Below are positions 13,775 to 28,175 of a DNA stretch of 64,000 nt, piece by piece; position 1 is the stretch's first letter, and every line of letters begins with the position of its first letter. The translations under genes and the position numbers were made by a program. Source of the stretch: Callorhinchus milii. Taxonomy: Eukaryota. The notes beneath the pieces are model-generated. The model saw only the letters and a list, made by a program, of their open reading frames with translations. It ran no database searches and was not told where the DNA came from. The stretch spans positions 124,001-188,000 of the forward strand of contig NW_024704796.1 of NCBI RefSeq assembly GCF_018977255.1, in the 5' to 3' direction.

Positions 13775-14352
13775 CCAAAAGGCTAATGGGATGTTGGCTT
13801 TTTTCTCAAGAAGTTAGAATATAAAAGCGAGCAAGACGTCATCTAGAGGATTGTGTTCAGGTTTGGGTGCACCTCAGGAACGATGTACTGACCTCAGTGT
13901 ACGTGGTGCACATTCACCAGAATTGTACCTTGGTTCATGGGCTAAATTATGAGGAGAGGGTGGGCAAAGTTGTGTTCTATTTACTTGAGCTAAGAAGATT
14001 GAGAGTTTATCTGATTGATGATTTGACAAGGTAGGTTTGACCTGGTAGGGAAATACAGAACAAGAGGAAATAACCTGAAAACTAGAGCTAAACCAGTGGA
14101 GTCAAAGCAGAAGTCTCTTTTCTCCCCTACACAGGGGTTTTTGGAAATGTGAGATTCACTATCCTGAACAGTTGTAGATGCCAGGTGAATTGAAATATTT
14201 AAGATGGAGGCAGATTATTTTTTGTGGATGAAAACAGCAAGGGATATGGTGAAAGGGCAGGGAAATTGTATCAAGTTGGAGATCAACTGTGATCTAATAA
14301 AATGGTGGAGCAGAATTGATGGGCCAAATGGTCAGCTTCTGTTCCCATGTTA
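13775..14352 (+). mobile_element. Old CR1 LINE 3' fragment
   Basis: Decayed CR1 C-terminal ORF2 and 3' UTR ending gatgggccaaatggtc..cttctgttcc. Confidence 0.7.
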
Positions 14353-14950
14353 CTATGGTTCGGTGCCCATTGTTTGTACAATATAATGACACTAACCACT
14401 GACAGTGATAAGTGACGATAGTGACACTGATAAGTGTTCAGTAATGTTTTTGCATTTAGATACGGCACGGAACTTGTGACTGATACCCTTATCTATTCCC
14501 TGATTGGTCAATAACGGTAGCAGAGATGGAGAGATGTGAAAGGAACAGTGCATGTGAGATGTGTTATGACAACATCTCATTGTCATGCTGTTGGTGTATG
14601 TATTTGATGGCAGCAATTTTCTGCAGAGGCAATAGCAGATCCAATGTTGAAAAAAGTCCAGGATGTTTATTGCCAGGAAAATGTTTTCCAGTCATTACTG
14701 CAAGGTTGCTACTGCCAGTAACCCTAAAACAGGAAAACAACATGGCTTAGCTAGAAGCAGGTTCTTGATAATTGATACACGCCCATTTTTTTCTTTTGAG
14801 TTGAAGACTACACTTGCTTAATTTTTTTTTATTTCTAATATAAATTAATATATACTAGTATTAGTCCAGAGGTAGGGATTGGTTCGCCATGTTCGGCACT
14901 TAATAACCAGTAGCTGTTATTTCAGAGGTTTATCTGCTTTCTCCACCCAG

Positions 14951-15094
14951 ATTCTCACACTTGAAGATAGAGGTGAGAGGGGGATGGAAACTCAGGAAGA
15001 GAGGCAAGGGAAGATGCTTCTGCACACTGAGTACTCGCTTCTCTCCCTTCTTCACAGTCAGGATGGGGTGGTCCATCACCATGGACTCTTTCAG
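14951..15094 (+). CDS. stk40: STK40 coding exon 3 (ILTLEDRGERG...HHHGLFQ)
   Basis: cccag| acceptor, CAG|gtaatt donor, 144 nt. Confidence 0.97.
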
Positions 15095-15324
15095 GTAATT
15101 GTCTGTATATTTTATTTAAAATCCTGCCGTGTAATCTTTTACTATCTGCTCTCAATCGCACAGGCATACCCGGAAAGCTCTGGGCTGTGGTGACATTAAA
15201 ATTTTGCAAATTTCTTCACTTTGCTTCAACTCATATTTACAAAACACCACACAGCTGACATTTAAACTGAACTTGGGACAGCAAGTGATGTGGATCACTG
15301 ACAGTCTGTCAAATTGTGTCAGTG

Positions 15325-15811
15325 TGTCTTGATACTGCCTCAGTTAGTAGCAACAACAAATTGCATTTATATAGCGCTCTTCATGCGGGGTAGAGTACCA
15401 GAGCGCTTGGCACGCTAGCACTCGCACCTCTGAGTCAGAAGGTTCTGGGTTCAAGCACCACGTCAGGAATTTAAAATCAGCCTCGGCTGACATTGCAATG
15501 CTGGGGATGTGATGCATTGTTGGAGGTGTAATCTATTGGATGAAATGTTAAACCAAGCTTTCTGTCTGTGCCTGTTAAGGTGGATATTAAAGATCTCATA
15601 CCACTATTTGAAAATAAGTGAATTTCTATTCCGGTGTCCTGGCCAACAATCTCTCAAATAATTCGCAGTTGGTCAATCACGTTGTGGGATGTTGCTGTAA
15701 TGCAAATTGGTTGCCACAGTCATGATCCTTCACAGCAAAATCTTGTAAAGCACTTTGAGATGTCTGACAGTTTCATAAGGCGCAGTATCCAATGCAAGGA
15801 TTATTATTATT
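15325..15811 (+). mobile_element. Deu-domain SINE with a nested antisense L2 tail (15353-15415)
   Basis: SINE head is split by the insertion, which is flanked by a tagca duplication (15348-15352 and 15416-15420). Confidence 0.75.
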
Positions 15812-16047
15812 TGCGAGACGTTTGTCACAGCAATATGTACCACAAACAGTTGAGAGAATTACCAATTTTATTGGGTATTGATGACCAGGACACCGGAAGA
15901 AATTCCAGTTTCTTTTCAGGGGTTATAATTTTTAATATGTTCCAGTGCCTGCTTTACATTCTCAAAGACCAGTGGTATGATATATCAGCATATCTTTCTA
16001 ATTGTCACTGACGATGAGGTTCTCAAAATGCCTCTTTTCTATTGTAG

Positions 16048-16269
16048 GATAGGGCTATTGTGGAGGAGTGTGAAGTGAGCAAGCTTGTTCGAAGGATGAA
16101 GAAAAGGATCTGTTTGGTTCTGGACTGCCTCTGCGCTCACGACTTTAGCGACAAAACTGCAGATCTTATCAACTTACAGCATTATGTCATCAAGGAGAAA
16201 AGACTCAGTGAGCGGGAAACCATTGCAATATTTTATGACGTGGTGCGGGTAGTGGAAGCTTTACACAAG
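16048..16269 (+). CDS. stk40: STK40 coding exon 4 (DRAIVEE...RICLVLDCLCAHDF...VEALHK)
   Basis: tgtag| acceptor, AAG|gtacat donor, 222 nt. Confidence 0.96.
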
Positions 16270-16864
16270 GTACATACTTTTAATTTGTTCTCAGAAAAGA
16301 GGACTGGGAAAAGCTGGATGCTGTTTCCATATCAGGAACTATCAAGTTTTGTGCTATAATTTGAAACCCCACATTAACAATATCCTATCTGTACCAGTGA
16401 AAGGTATTTGTTCCTCTTATCCTGATTGCGTTCAGTGAGATTCAAATCAGCAGAATTTAGTGAATAGCCATCAGACAGAGGAGACTGTGATTCATCTGCC
16501 TGACCTGGGTTTGAACTGCAATCTAAGATCAAATGATCTTGCTTCAGAATATTGTTTTGAATGTTTCTTTTTATCTCTTTCCCCCTTCCCCCCCCCCGCC
16601 CAACCATTTATTAGTTCTGTGCTGTCTCCATTACCCAATGCTGGGGAGCTGCAAGATGCAGAAGACCAACCCAGTTCAAAGTTCTCCCTCCTGTGTCAGG
16701 GAAGTGTACATGGGAACCTCTCCCCTCTTCACCAACATCATAACTTAAGATCAGGAGCTTGGTTTATGTAGAACTTCGGAACAACCTGTGTCTAACTCTG
16801 TGTTAGTAGGACTTCTAATATCTTGCTCAAAATTGCATCATAACCCATGGTCTCTTTAAAGCTG

Positions 16865-17315
16865 GGCTGGTTCCTGTTAACCTATGCATGCAAAGTCTCA
16901 ACAGTTCGACTAACTGGACAGGCGATGGAAAGCTTGCCAGACAATGGCAAGTTATGCTGTTTTAACTGGTTAGACTCCAGCAAAACCCCAACGTACGCTC
17001 TAGGCTTTTCAAGACTTGGCTCTTATCATCCTGCACCTAATGCTCTCCTGAATTAGGTAAGGGGGCGCATCCCTCCAGCTAGGATTACTTTAACTGTTAG
17101 GGTTTGGGTTTGCAGTGTTAACAGGAGCTGAGTGGGAAGAATCCTCACTCCCAATGACTTGTTCTGCCCCTCTTAGCTCCTGTCCAATGTGCTGTTACTT
17201 ACACACCTGGTGAGTTAATTCCAACATTCTGTAGCAAAGCATGGAGCCAGATAAGCTCCATAAAGGCTCCAATTACCTTCCCTCACACCCCCACCACCCA
17301 GGATAGTCACTAGCT
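16865..17315. mobile_element. Two opposed partial copies of the unclassified repeat
   Basis: tcctgttaac..ggttagactccagca..aattaggtaag then reverse-oriented gcagtgttaacaggagctgagtggg..ggagccag..ggatagtca. Confidence 0.6.
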
Positions 17316-18399
17316 TTAGCTGGTCATTTGACATCTAGGAAGTGCAGGTTTGATCCCTCACTCCGTGGATGGCTGGTACCAGGAACTCCCTATGAGCTTC
17401 CAACTGTACTACATAGCTGCTTACCTCTCTACATACCAATCAACTAATCATAGCTGTATGGCTGCACTGTGTAATCTGATTCTGTGGTTAGGATTTGATG
17501 CTTTTATTAAGTTTTTCACATCCTCTGCCATTGAGCCCACTCGGCTGTCCCCCACCATTCACTACTACCACTCGCTTCTCTCTCACTGCCCTCCCTGACT
17601 CATCTCCTTCCTGTGTACCACAGGTTCCCTCTCCCAGCCTGGGCATTCTTCACTGGGCTCATGATGGCTCCCACCGATAGAAAGTTTTCCCCCATTCACT
17701 GGTCACCACATGCCCTACCTGTCTGGCCTCTGGGACCAAACCTCTCCTCGCTGTTCCTATGCTTCCGGACACTTTTACTTCCCCCTCTTTTCCCCCACAA
17801 ATGTCACGGCTAAGCCCGTCTCAACATGTGCCCCTGTGACTGTGCTTTTGGTTATCTTTCCCCTTCCTCCCCTTTGACTCTTACTGGGTGCCTAGCAAGC
17901 AATATCGAGATCTTTGAGACATTGTCCTGACATGAGGATGTTTGAACTGAACACTTTATAAATGTAAGTTGTATTGTACCTCTCTTCAGTGTAGATGTTT
18001 TGGCAGCAAGCCCCTCTTTTAGCCCCATGGTGGAGCTTTGTGACAAAAAAAAAGCAGAGGTGCATTCTACTTTTCCTTGACTCCTTTGCTCTGTGAAAAG
18101 ATGACTGAACTCATCTTGGGTGCTTCCCTTGTGATGAAATTGCCACAGTGAGCCACACCACAGTGAGCCACACCACAGTGTTTCAGCTGTGATTCACCAG
18201 TTTGTTGTTCCCAATCGTTTCTGTCTCATGCTGGACACCTTTATCTGAGCAGCCTGCTATCAAACTCCTTTTGGTGTTTCTGATGAAATGTAAGATGGTT
18301 AGTTAGTGATGTCTTTTCAGATTAAAGCTATTTATAACTTAACTCTCCTGGAGGACTGCACTCAGTTTCCAAAGTAATGTTTTCCTTTTGCTTCTGCAG

Positions 18400-18452
18400 A
18401 AGAACATTGTGCATAGAGACCTGAAGCTGGGAAACATGGTGCTAAACAAAAG
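18400..18452 (+). CDS. stk40: STK40 coding exon 5 (KNIVHRDLKLGNMVLNKR, catalytic loop)
   Basis: ctgcag| acceptor, AG|gtaact donor, 53 nt; HRDLK motif; too short to appear in the ORF track. Confidence 0.96.
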
Positions 18453-21400
18453 GTAACTCAAAGACTATTAGTGTTTGTGTATTATTAGCAATGCTGGAGC
18501 TTTACTGGAGATTGCAATCTATGATGCTGTTCCAGTGCAGTGGTGACGAGTGCTTCAATGTCAGTACCATCGTTCGGGTAAGATGTTAAACAAGGTCCTA
18601 TCCACCTATTTGGATGAATGTTAGAGATCCCATGGTTCTATTGGAAAAAAGAAGAGAGTTTCCCCCACTGCCGTGGCTAACATGTTCCAGGTAAACTGGT
18701 CATTACCTGGCTGTTTGTGGGACTTTGCTGTGGCAAATTGGCTGTTGCATTCGCTTTCAGGTTCAAAATGCATCACATTAAGTTGAGCTCTGATTTGATA
18801 ACACTGTTAAAATATTAAAAATGTCAAAGTTTGTGGAGAGAAAGCCATGCTCAGTGGCCATTGATCCCTTGATCAAATGCTTTCCTGTGTGAAGGGTGTG
18901 ATATAAACGCAAGTTGTTATATCCAGGCAATGGACATATTCATAATTGATAGAGCGCCTTTCTTGTTGAAAGGATATCTCGAAGCACCAGACTGGAATTA
19001 CTGTAAGGGTATTACATAGGCAAATAGGGCTGCCAATTTATACATAACAGTGCCCCACAAACAGCCATGAAATGTCCAATTTTATCTGAGAAAATTAGGT
19101 TGTTTGTGTAGGCTGGGTATAATTTTTTTTGAAAACTGAGAAGAGTCTGGAAAAATCAAGCTAGTGACTCAATAGCCAAACCGCTCTTTAGTGCTACCTT
19201 TTGCCTTTACTGCAAATAAGAATGGTGATGCCTTGTTGAAATGCCTAATCTTAGTCTCTAGCAACAATATGGACTATTCAATGGATTGTATTTTGGGCTG
19301 TTGCTATGTCTAATTTGCACAGATATAGTTTGGTTCCTCCTGGTTCAATTTGGCTGCATTACTGGTGTGATGTGCCACTGATTTGGTTAGAAATATAATG
19401 GCTTCTGAATGTTTTGAAGGGCTTCTTCGTGACAAAGGTATGCCCTGCCCTTTGACTGTTGTGGTGCAGGCTATTGAAGAAAACAAATGGGAAAATCAAA
19501 ATAAAATTGGAGTGGGTAAATTGTAATATTACTGAATAGAAAGCGATCATACTTTCATACAGTGCAAAAGGAAGAACTAGTATTTATAGAGCACCTTAGA
19601 CATTGGTTCACGGATTCAATGTTTTGCCAAAGAGTAATTGTCAAGTGGAATGATTATTTTGGCAAACAGCAGATGTGTTGAGCTATTAATATCCTAAAGA
19701 ACCATAGAAATCTACAATACAAGAAATGCCCATTGACCCACTAACCCACTTTACGTGCTTTCCTTATAGCTTGTTTTTATGGACACATAGGTGGTCATTT
19801 GCGCTAGCAAGGTCCTACTCAGCAATGACGTGAATGACCAATTAATCTAATTGTTGGCCAGGACACCGGGGGGAAAAATATTTTCCCATCGAGTCATAAG
19901 ATCTTTAATGACTGTTTGAGGATAAGCAGATGTAAACTTGGATCAGGGAATTCTATAAAGGTTGGGGCGGGCCAGATTTTAAATACTGCGGCTAGGGCTA
20001 GTCTGAAAACAATGAACGTTATTGGGGAAGGGGCTACTTGTTTGTGTACTTGTTTCTGTTTGGAATCAGGCAGAGAGAATTTCCTTTTTGCAACATGAAA
20101 TAATAGGATTTTGCTGTCCATTTCATCCCACGACATATATCTTACTTAGAGAGCTGTGTTGTGTCTTAGTACCACTTATAACAAGTAACAGTTAATTATT
20201 ATTAAGTAACACTGTGCAAGGAGACAAGCCATTCAGGTTAAATAATAAAAGCCTTGCATTTCATATGATGCCTTATGTTAAAGTCTCAAAGCACTTCAGA
20301 CTCTTTATAGTGACTATTTCTAATCCAACGCAGCGGATTATTTGCGAACAGAAGTCACCCATAAAAAGACAGGAGGCAAATGACCCAATTTATTTGGAAG
20401 ATTGTTGTGCAAGACAACTTGAGAAACTCCTTTTTTGAGTAGTGTCATTGGGATCTTTAACATCAACCTGCCCAGGGAGACGGGAGCTTAGTTTGACTGT
20501 TTTGAAGGATGACAGTTCTGACAGTGCAGCTCTTAACGCTGTGCTAGTGTCGTTTTAGACTATCAGCTCATAGTGTCCAACGTGGAGCTTGAACCCACAG
20601 CATTTTGTGTTCACAGGGAAGAGTGCTACAAGCTTGAAAGACTGTTCCTGTAGAACGGGTGAATATAAGCCGGTAACCTGGATCTGCAATTTCCTGAAGC
20701 TAACGTTTCAATTGCTAGAATCGTAGACATTTACAGCACAGAAGGAGCCCTTCAGTTTATCCCGTCTGCTCTCAGAGCCACCCATTCTTTCAATCTGCCT
20801 GCCCTGCCCTATCCCCATACCCCTTCATGTTTCTAACTATCACATACCTTCAAAAAATTAATAATTTGGTCACCCAAACTACAACTGTTGTGGGACACTG
20901 CTGCGCGTCATTTGTCCACAAAATATACAGACACTACACTTTACAGTATATTCTGTGAAACATTTTGAGATGTCTCAAAGACGTGAGAAGACGCTATATC
21001 AAATGCAAGGATTATTATTATACCTAGATATTTTCTGATGATTTTCTGGCTAATTCTTCTGACAGGTAGGTGCAGGTTATTGTCAATGTGAGAACATATG
21101 CAGAAGTAAAGCTGTGATCACAGGCACAGACTAGTATTCATTTTTTAAAAATGTATTTCTGTTTTAAAAATGAAATTTAAAGTATTATTTGGATTTTTTT
21201 TACAAATGATGAAAATGGGAGTTATTTGCAGAGTATTTTTTTGACTATTGAAGCTCTGTGATATTGATCCTCTTTCATCAGATCCCCAAGACTGTAGTGC
21301 GGCTTTCCATGGCAGTACTTCTGTGTGGTGAGGAATGAAGTGCATCTCCCTTTCGATACAGTAATAATATAATCGTAAAGCATTCTGAAATGTACCAAGG

Positions 21401-21557
21401 AATAACTTAGTAAAAGCCCCATAAATATAATAATGGGTCATTCCTTGCAATTTGGTTTAGCAGCTTTCACTTATCGGGACAATTTAACAAAGCACTAAGC
21501 AGGATACCCTGTAAAGAGTATCTGTTTAGTAACAGTAACTGTAAAGTGTATCTGTTT

Positions 21558-22027
21558 ACCAGGATGGTACCGGGAATGAGGAACTTCAGTTATCAGGAGA
21601 GGTAGAGAAGCTGGGATTATCCTCCTTGGAACAGGGAAGGTTAAGAGGAGACTTAATAGAAGTTTTCAAAATTATGAGGGTTTTCAATAGGGTGAAGAAG
21701 GAGAAACTATTTCCACTGGCAGATGGGTCGGTAACCCGAGGACACCGATTTAAAATAGTTGTTGAAGGAAACAGAGGTGAGGAGAATTTTTTTTCGCATA
21801 GCAAGTTGTTTGGATCTGCAATGCATTGCCTGAAAGGCTGGTGGAAGCTGATTCGATAACAACTTTTAAGAGAGAAGTAGATAATTATTTGGGGAGGACA
21901 AGTTTGCAGAGCTATGGGGAGAGAGCGGGGAAGTAGGGTTGATTTGGAAGCTCTTTTCAAAGAGCCGACACAGACACGATGGGCCGAATGGCCTCCTTCT
22001 GTGCTGAATAATTCTAGGATTCTATAA
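21558..22027 (+). mobile_element. Young 5'-truncated CR1 LINE
   Basis: RLRGDLIEVFKIM motif; 3' end gggccgaatggcctccttctgtgctg..(ttcta)n; near-identical to 54878-55340. Confidence 0.9.
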
Positions 22028-22513
22028 TAGTGTATGGCTGTAAAGTGCAGCCATTTAGTAAAAACAGTAACTGTTTTTGTGGGCAAACGCTGCAGCCAAC
22101 TTGCCCACAGCAACGTTTTCCCATCAACAGCCAGTAGTAAGATCGTTCACGCTTGAGCGACCCAAATACAGAAATACTTCAGGAGGGAGGTTGAGTCGCT
22201 CGAGAGTTAAAGTTCTTACGACTGCATCCAAAGGGAGAGGCACCGAACACTTCATTACAAGCAAACAATAGCTCCCAAGCCTCTGTCAGAGGAATTCTGC
22301 TTGTGATGACTCACCAGAAGCAAATTTCGCTGGCCCAAACCATGTCTTGTCTGTTTATAATCTTGAGTGATGGCATGTAGGGAATAATAAAGGAACAAAT
22401 ATCTTGCCTAGTGTTTGTGGTTTACTTCCTCTCTTCCTTTGCATTTGGGTTTTTATGACATTTTAACATTGATTTCTTGTCATCGATCAGAAGTCAGTAC
22501 TTGTTCTTTCCAT

Positions 22514-22520
<7 letters not shown>

Positions 22521-22566
<46 letters not shown>
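22521..22566. repeat. Compound (CT)n(AT)n microsatellite
   Basis: Direct reading. Confidence 0.9.
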
Positions 22567-25500
22567 CACATATACACACAATGGTTTCTAGCCAAGTGGA
22601 AGTATTACACATTGCTTTTTACAGTGTTAGATATTCTGATCGACTTTGCCTTTGCAGGAAACACATTCCCATTGATTTAAAATCTTAAACACAATTCTGG
22701 CTCAGTTTCCTTTCTTTCATGTTTTTTTTAAAATCGGTTAATTCTGTTTTTAAAGTTCCAATTGTTTTCTTGCCAAAGAGGGAACTGTTAAAACTCTAAA
22801 TTCCAGCTATGTATCCATTGCTTAATCACTTGAAACGAGCATTACATTTTATAATCACAGAAACCCCTTTTATGACAGACTGCAGCTGAGTCATTGAAAT
22901 TTGTTTTTAGTATCACTGTCTTTTTTGAAGGTTTAAGGTTTTGCTGAAATTACAGTCGGTTCCGCTCTTGTGCCCTTCAAGGTGACTGGTGTTTGTGCAG
23001 GGAATGGAATGTTTTCAGCTTTAGATTTTGGCACTTGCTAAAACCAGATGCAAGAGTAAAAATTGCTCGGCCCAGACCACGTTACTTGGTAGCACTCTTG
23101 GCTCTTGTCCAAAAGGGTGTAGGTTCAAACCCTGTCCCGTGTTGGTTCTTGAGCTCATGCTTTCCTTCATATTAGAGCTGGGAGCATTGAAGGTGACCTT
23201 CAAAATTATAAAGAGAGGAAAAAAAAGTAGACTATTTCTACTAGTTGGTGAGTCAGTATTAAGAGGGCATAAATTTGATGACAGAATTAAATGGGGCGAT
23301 TAGGGGGATAAAGTTTTGGAATGTGGAATTCTTTGCCATAAACTATGTTGGAACAGTACATGAATTCTTTTAAAAGGAAAATTGGTATATGTTTGAAAAA
23401 GATTAAGGTATATTTGGAAGGAGCAGGAGTGCGGGATTAAAAATAAACTAGGTGGTTTATGTGGAGAAAAACATCAGACTTAATGGTTTAAAATCTTACT
23501 GAACAACTGTTTCTGTACTGGAACATTCTGCTAGAATATCTGCTAGAAGCTAAATTGAGATTGGCTCAGCTAGTTTTACTTCAGAGAATTACAGGCTTGC
23601 ATCTTGTTTGTTTGGGCTGGAATGGTCATGACTGCATAGATTAATCTAACAGCCTGTACTTTTACATGTTTGAGCTCTTGTTTGCAGTACAGTTATGATT
23701 GTTTCTGTGGTTCATTGATTGGGTTCTATGACATTGGGAAAGTGCCCTTCGCACAACACTGCTGCACCAAAGATGATGCAACTCTGAGCAAACTAAGAAT
23801 TGAATCTGGGACTTTTGTAGCTTGGGGCACATATTCCCCCCCCCCCCCCCACACACACGACTGTGGCAAGTAGTTTTATGTGTATAAAATGGGAAGTGAC
23901 AGGTGATTTGAGAACAGTGGCTCGTTTAATGTACATCGTCCCAAGCTGCAGAATTCACTTGCCTGTACTCTTCTCTCCTGTCCCGCATCCCAAGACGTGT
24001 TGCTGGGAAAAGGTTCAATTCTTAGTTATTTTGTGGCTGGAGACTTGATTTCCCTATAAGAGGGTTTAGCTGGGTTTTGCCCAAGACTAAATGAATTCAA
24101 GCGCTCTGAGGCGCTACCCTGCGTGGAGGGGGCTATTTAAGTGCAAGTTGTTGTTGAATTGCTATGCAGCAAATGTGGATCACTTAAAATTTGTGATTGC
24201 ATTAAAACCCTTTCTGGTCAGACCAATTGTGAGGGTGTGGGTGGGAAATTAGGGAATTACTGGCTAAGCGCTTTGAGACATCTAGAAGATGTGAAAAGCG
24301 CTATATCAAATGCAAGGATTATTATTGTAATTGTTTGAATCCCACTGACAGAGGATAGAGAATAAGTTATCTTCTGATCGTGGGATTCGAACAATCTGAG
24401 TCAAAATTGATATCCCTGTGAGGCTGGTGAGAAGAGTGGTTTGGCACGAATCTACAAGCATGTAGGCTAGCGGAAAGTTTATTTATATAAAAAAAATCCA
24501 TTTTGGGCTAGGGTCCAAATTCTGGATACCCGGAGACTGGTAAACCACGAGTTTACTGTACATGTAATTATAGTAGTAATCTTTGTCAAAACATCTTCAA
24601 GTACTTTATCGCCACTATACTGCTTTACGCAATTGGCTGCTGCGTTTCACCCACAAATATACAGTCAATTCACTTTACAGTATATTCTGTGAGGGGTTTG
24701 AGACGTCTCAAAGACGTGAAAAGCGCTATATCAAATGCAAGGATTATTATTACACTTAACAATGTTTGTAGGTAATTGCAGCAGCCAATTTGAGCACAGA
24801 AATGTCCCACGAAAATTCGGGTGGGGAGAGATCAATTACCTGGAGGATTATTGTTTGTATTTGTAGGTAAACATGATAGTCAGTCACTGCACTTTACAAC
24901 TTTATAGAATGTGAAGCGCTTTGAGAGCACCTCCATTTTATTATATTGGGATCTTTTATGTTTACCTGAACATCTAGATGGGATCTTGGTTTAACTCGTC
25001 TGTACAGCAGCAGCACCGACATTGTTGTGGACTGTGAGCTCAAATTCGCTGATATACAGCTTAAACCCACAAACCTCTGATCTGTCTGATGCAGAGTGCA
25101 CATTGCTACCAACTAAGGCAAGCTGACACTTAAACTATGGGACTAGGAAGTGTAATATGCAAAGTTGAGTGCTGAAGTCTGTGACTGAAGTTGTTCCACT
25201 TCTTTCTCAACACTCACAAATTGTCCTTTTGAAATACTTTGTACCAGGATAACAATTTGAGACTCGTTTTGAGACGCACTGGTCTACTGATGTACAGATC
25301 TTTCAATCGGCAGATAATGCTCCCATGTTATGCTACAGTTCAATAATAATAATAATAATCAACATCATCTTGCTTTTCGTGCATCTGTTTTCTGTCCATG
25401 GGGCTACGATTTCATCTAGATTCTCTTTCTAAAAAAAATACAGAAGTATTTTTACTGTTTTCCCACTCAGTAAATTGAGAAATATAAATTCAGCTTCAAA

Positions 25501-28059
25501 CATTCAGTACAGGTTGTTATGGAAGTACAACATTGCAGTACGGTGAGTCATACCGCATTTGTTTAACTGCAGCCACGTGTGGTTTCCGTTGCTTAGTAAT
25601 GTGTGTATACCTGTTCCAGATTTATAATGAAACTACTGTATGATGGCTTCAAGTAAGTTGCTTGTTCCAATGAAGAAATCCAGTTTGCTGGGTGAAGTGT
25701 AAGCCATTTGTACTCATTTGCATTTCCAAATCAATGTAGCTATTTGCAGATGGCCAGATAATTCTGCAAGCCAGGTGTATCACGTATCTTTAATTCGTTA
25801 TTTTCATGGGAGTGATGCTTTTTTTAAAACAAGAACTGAACCTGTAATACGTGGTTAGTGAATTAGGTGTTTATCCCCAGTTGCATTATTGCAACAGAAT
25901 AATGTTGAAAAATCCCCTCACAACGATTCAAAAAAAAAAGGTGATTTAGGAAAATGGGTAATAGTAGCTCAGAAAAGATAGACTGAATGGCTTTGTTTTG
26001 TATGGAATGTTTCCCAATGGCATCCTGTCTCAGGAGGACTCTCATCTCCTTGAGTCAGAAGGTTGTGAGTTTGAGTCCCCAAGTCAGGCCTTTGAACCGC
26101 AATCCAGGCTGACACTCTTAATACAGTACATCCTGGGGATGCACTGCATTGTTGCTTGTGAGTTTGAGCCCCCAGTTCAGGACTTTGAACTCATAAGGAT
26201 TATTATTGTTTATGGAAGGATTATTATTTGTTTCTAGAATGCTCAAGGGGCTGAATGGCCTATTCTGGTTCCTTTTATCTCACCACTCTTTTTCCCCCAA
26301 TAACATTTTGAGTAGTCTTTGCAAGTTGTCAGTAAGTTTTTGGGCTTAAACATTTTACTGAAACCCCTGCCTCATGTTTTATCAAACAATTAGTATTTTT
26401 AAAAATATAAACATGAATCTTCCTGAGCAAGTACACAAGCTGGTTACAGCTCTGATGCTTTCAGAGGCAGGAGACGAGGCATTGATGCCTGAATCCTGTA
26501 GAAATAAAGTGAAAGGTGCAGGTGAATCAATTGATAGCTGTAGTCTTATAACTGCACTGTCTTGAGTTGTGTTTTTTTTTCAATTTAAGGTAATGTGTGG
26601 TTTATTGCAGTCAGCTGATAGAACTGTGTCAGTTCAGCAAATAATAATAATCCTTGCATTTGATATAGCGCCTTCAAGACGTCTCAAAGCGCTTCACAGG
26701 ATATACTGTAAAGTGAATTGACTATATTTTGTGGACAAAACGCGGCAGCCAGTTGTGCACAGCAAAGTCCCACAAACAGTCGTGGATTGAGTGACCAAAT
26801 ATATTTTTAAGGGATTATTACCCCTTTAAATCTAACCAAAGTGAACCTAGAGCAAGCTCTTGTGCAGCCCTGGCAAGCCTGAACAGATGACTCACTAGTT
26901 TGCAAACAGGATGATGTGCACCCACCTCTTACATCTGTTTTGCAGCTTTCAGCCTGTTTTGGTTTTTCTGGTTTGCTCTCGGCCCTGCCCCACACTGTGT
27001 GTCCTTCACATTCATACTCGCTTACTTCCTCCTCCCCAAAAACACAATTGTGTGAGAAATCAAACCTGTGTTGGAAATTCCCTTTAGCCGGATGCTATTC
27101 AAATCTCTCCTACACATGATGTAACATTTTACTTAAGCCGCCTCTCAAGTTTCTATAGATATAGGCGTGTAATGCACCGCCATGTATTCTGCCCACAAAA
27201 TATATCCTGTGAAGCGCTTTGAAACCACTCAATGACGTGATAAGGCCCTACATCAAATGCAAGGGTTATTATAATACACATTTTAGCTTAGCAAGGCAGT
27301 TGCTGCTGTTACCTCTTGACATTCTCCCTGCGCTCAGGTATTTACCAGGCTTTACCTATTGTCTCCAGATCCACATTTCTGTAGACTTGACAATGGGGTC
27401 AGTGAGGCTCGGGGCCAACCAGTCAGGGGTTTGCCTGATCCGCCTGGGATTATACAGCACAAATGGTGCAGAAATGTCTTGACACCAACCAAGCATGATG
27501 CTATCTGGACAATCAAAGTTTGCCGACAAACATTACACATTGACTACACTCTACACTATATCTTGTGAAGTGCTTTGAGATGTTCTCCTACAGGTGCTAA
27601 ATCACTTTCAAGTATTATTATAATGAAGCATCATAAGTGGGCTCTACTATATAATTATTTGGACAAGGTGATAGTGGCACTTGGAGATGTTGGGACCATG
27701 GGGGAAGGGAATGTAACTGCCCATAATGTGGAAATACAGCTTTGTGTCAAAATCACTTTGAAACAGTGGTAATGAATGTATCTATTGCTTTCTCTTCAGC
27801 CTTTGTTTCCTCCCGTTTCTTCCCCTTCTCCCCACACAAACTGCCCTAAAACACTTACTTAAAACATTGGTTATCGTATTGCAATTCAATATAAATGTTA
27901 AGAAGCATGAGTTTTGTGAGGTCATGTGTGATTTATACACTGACTTTTGTTACAGAAATGTTCTGGCTATCTGCAGCCAGTTAAAGGTTTCCTTTCCTTT
28001 GTCCCTTCCCCCCCAAAAAAACATAACTCACTTTTCTTTTTTCTTATTTGCTCTGACAG

Positions 28060-28175
28060 GACCCACAGAATTACCATCACTAACTTCTGCCTTGGAAAGC
28101 ACCTGGTGAGTGAGGATGATTTGCTGAAAGATCAGCGGGGGAGCCCTGCCTACATCAGCCCAGATGTACTGAGTG
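28060..28175 (+). CDS. stk40: STK40 coding exon 6 (THRITITNFCLGKHL...SPAYISPDVLS)
   Basis: gacag| acceptor, G|gtgagt donor, 116 nt; NFC in place of DFG. Confidence 0.97.
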
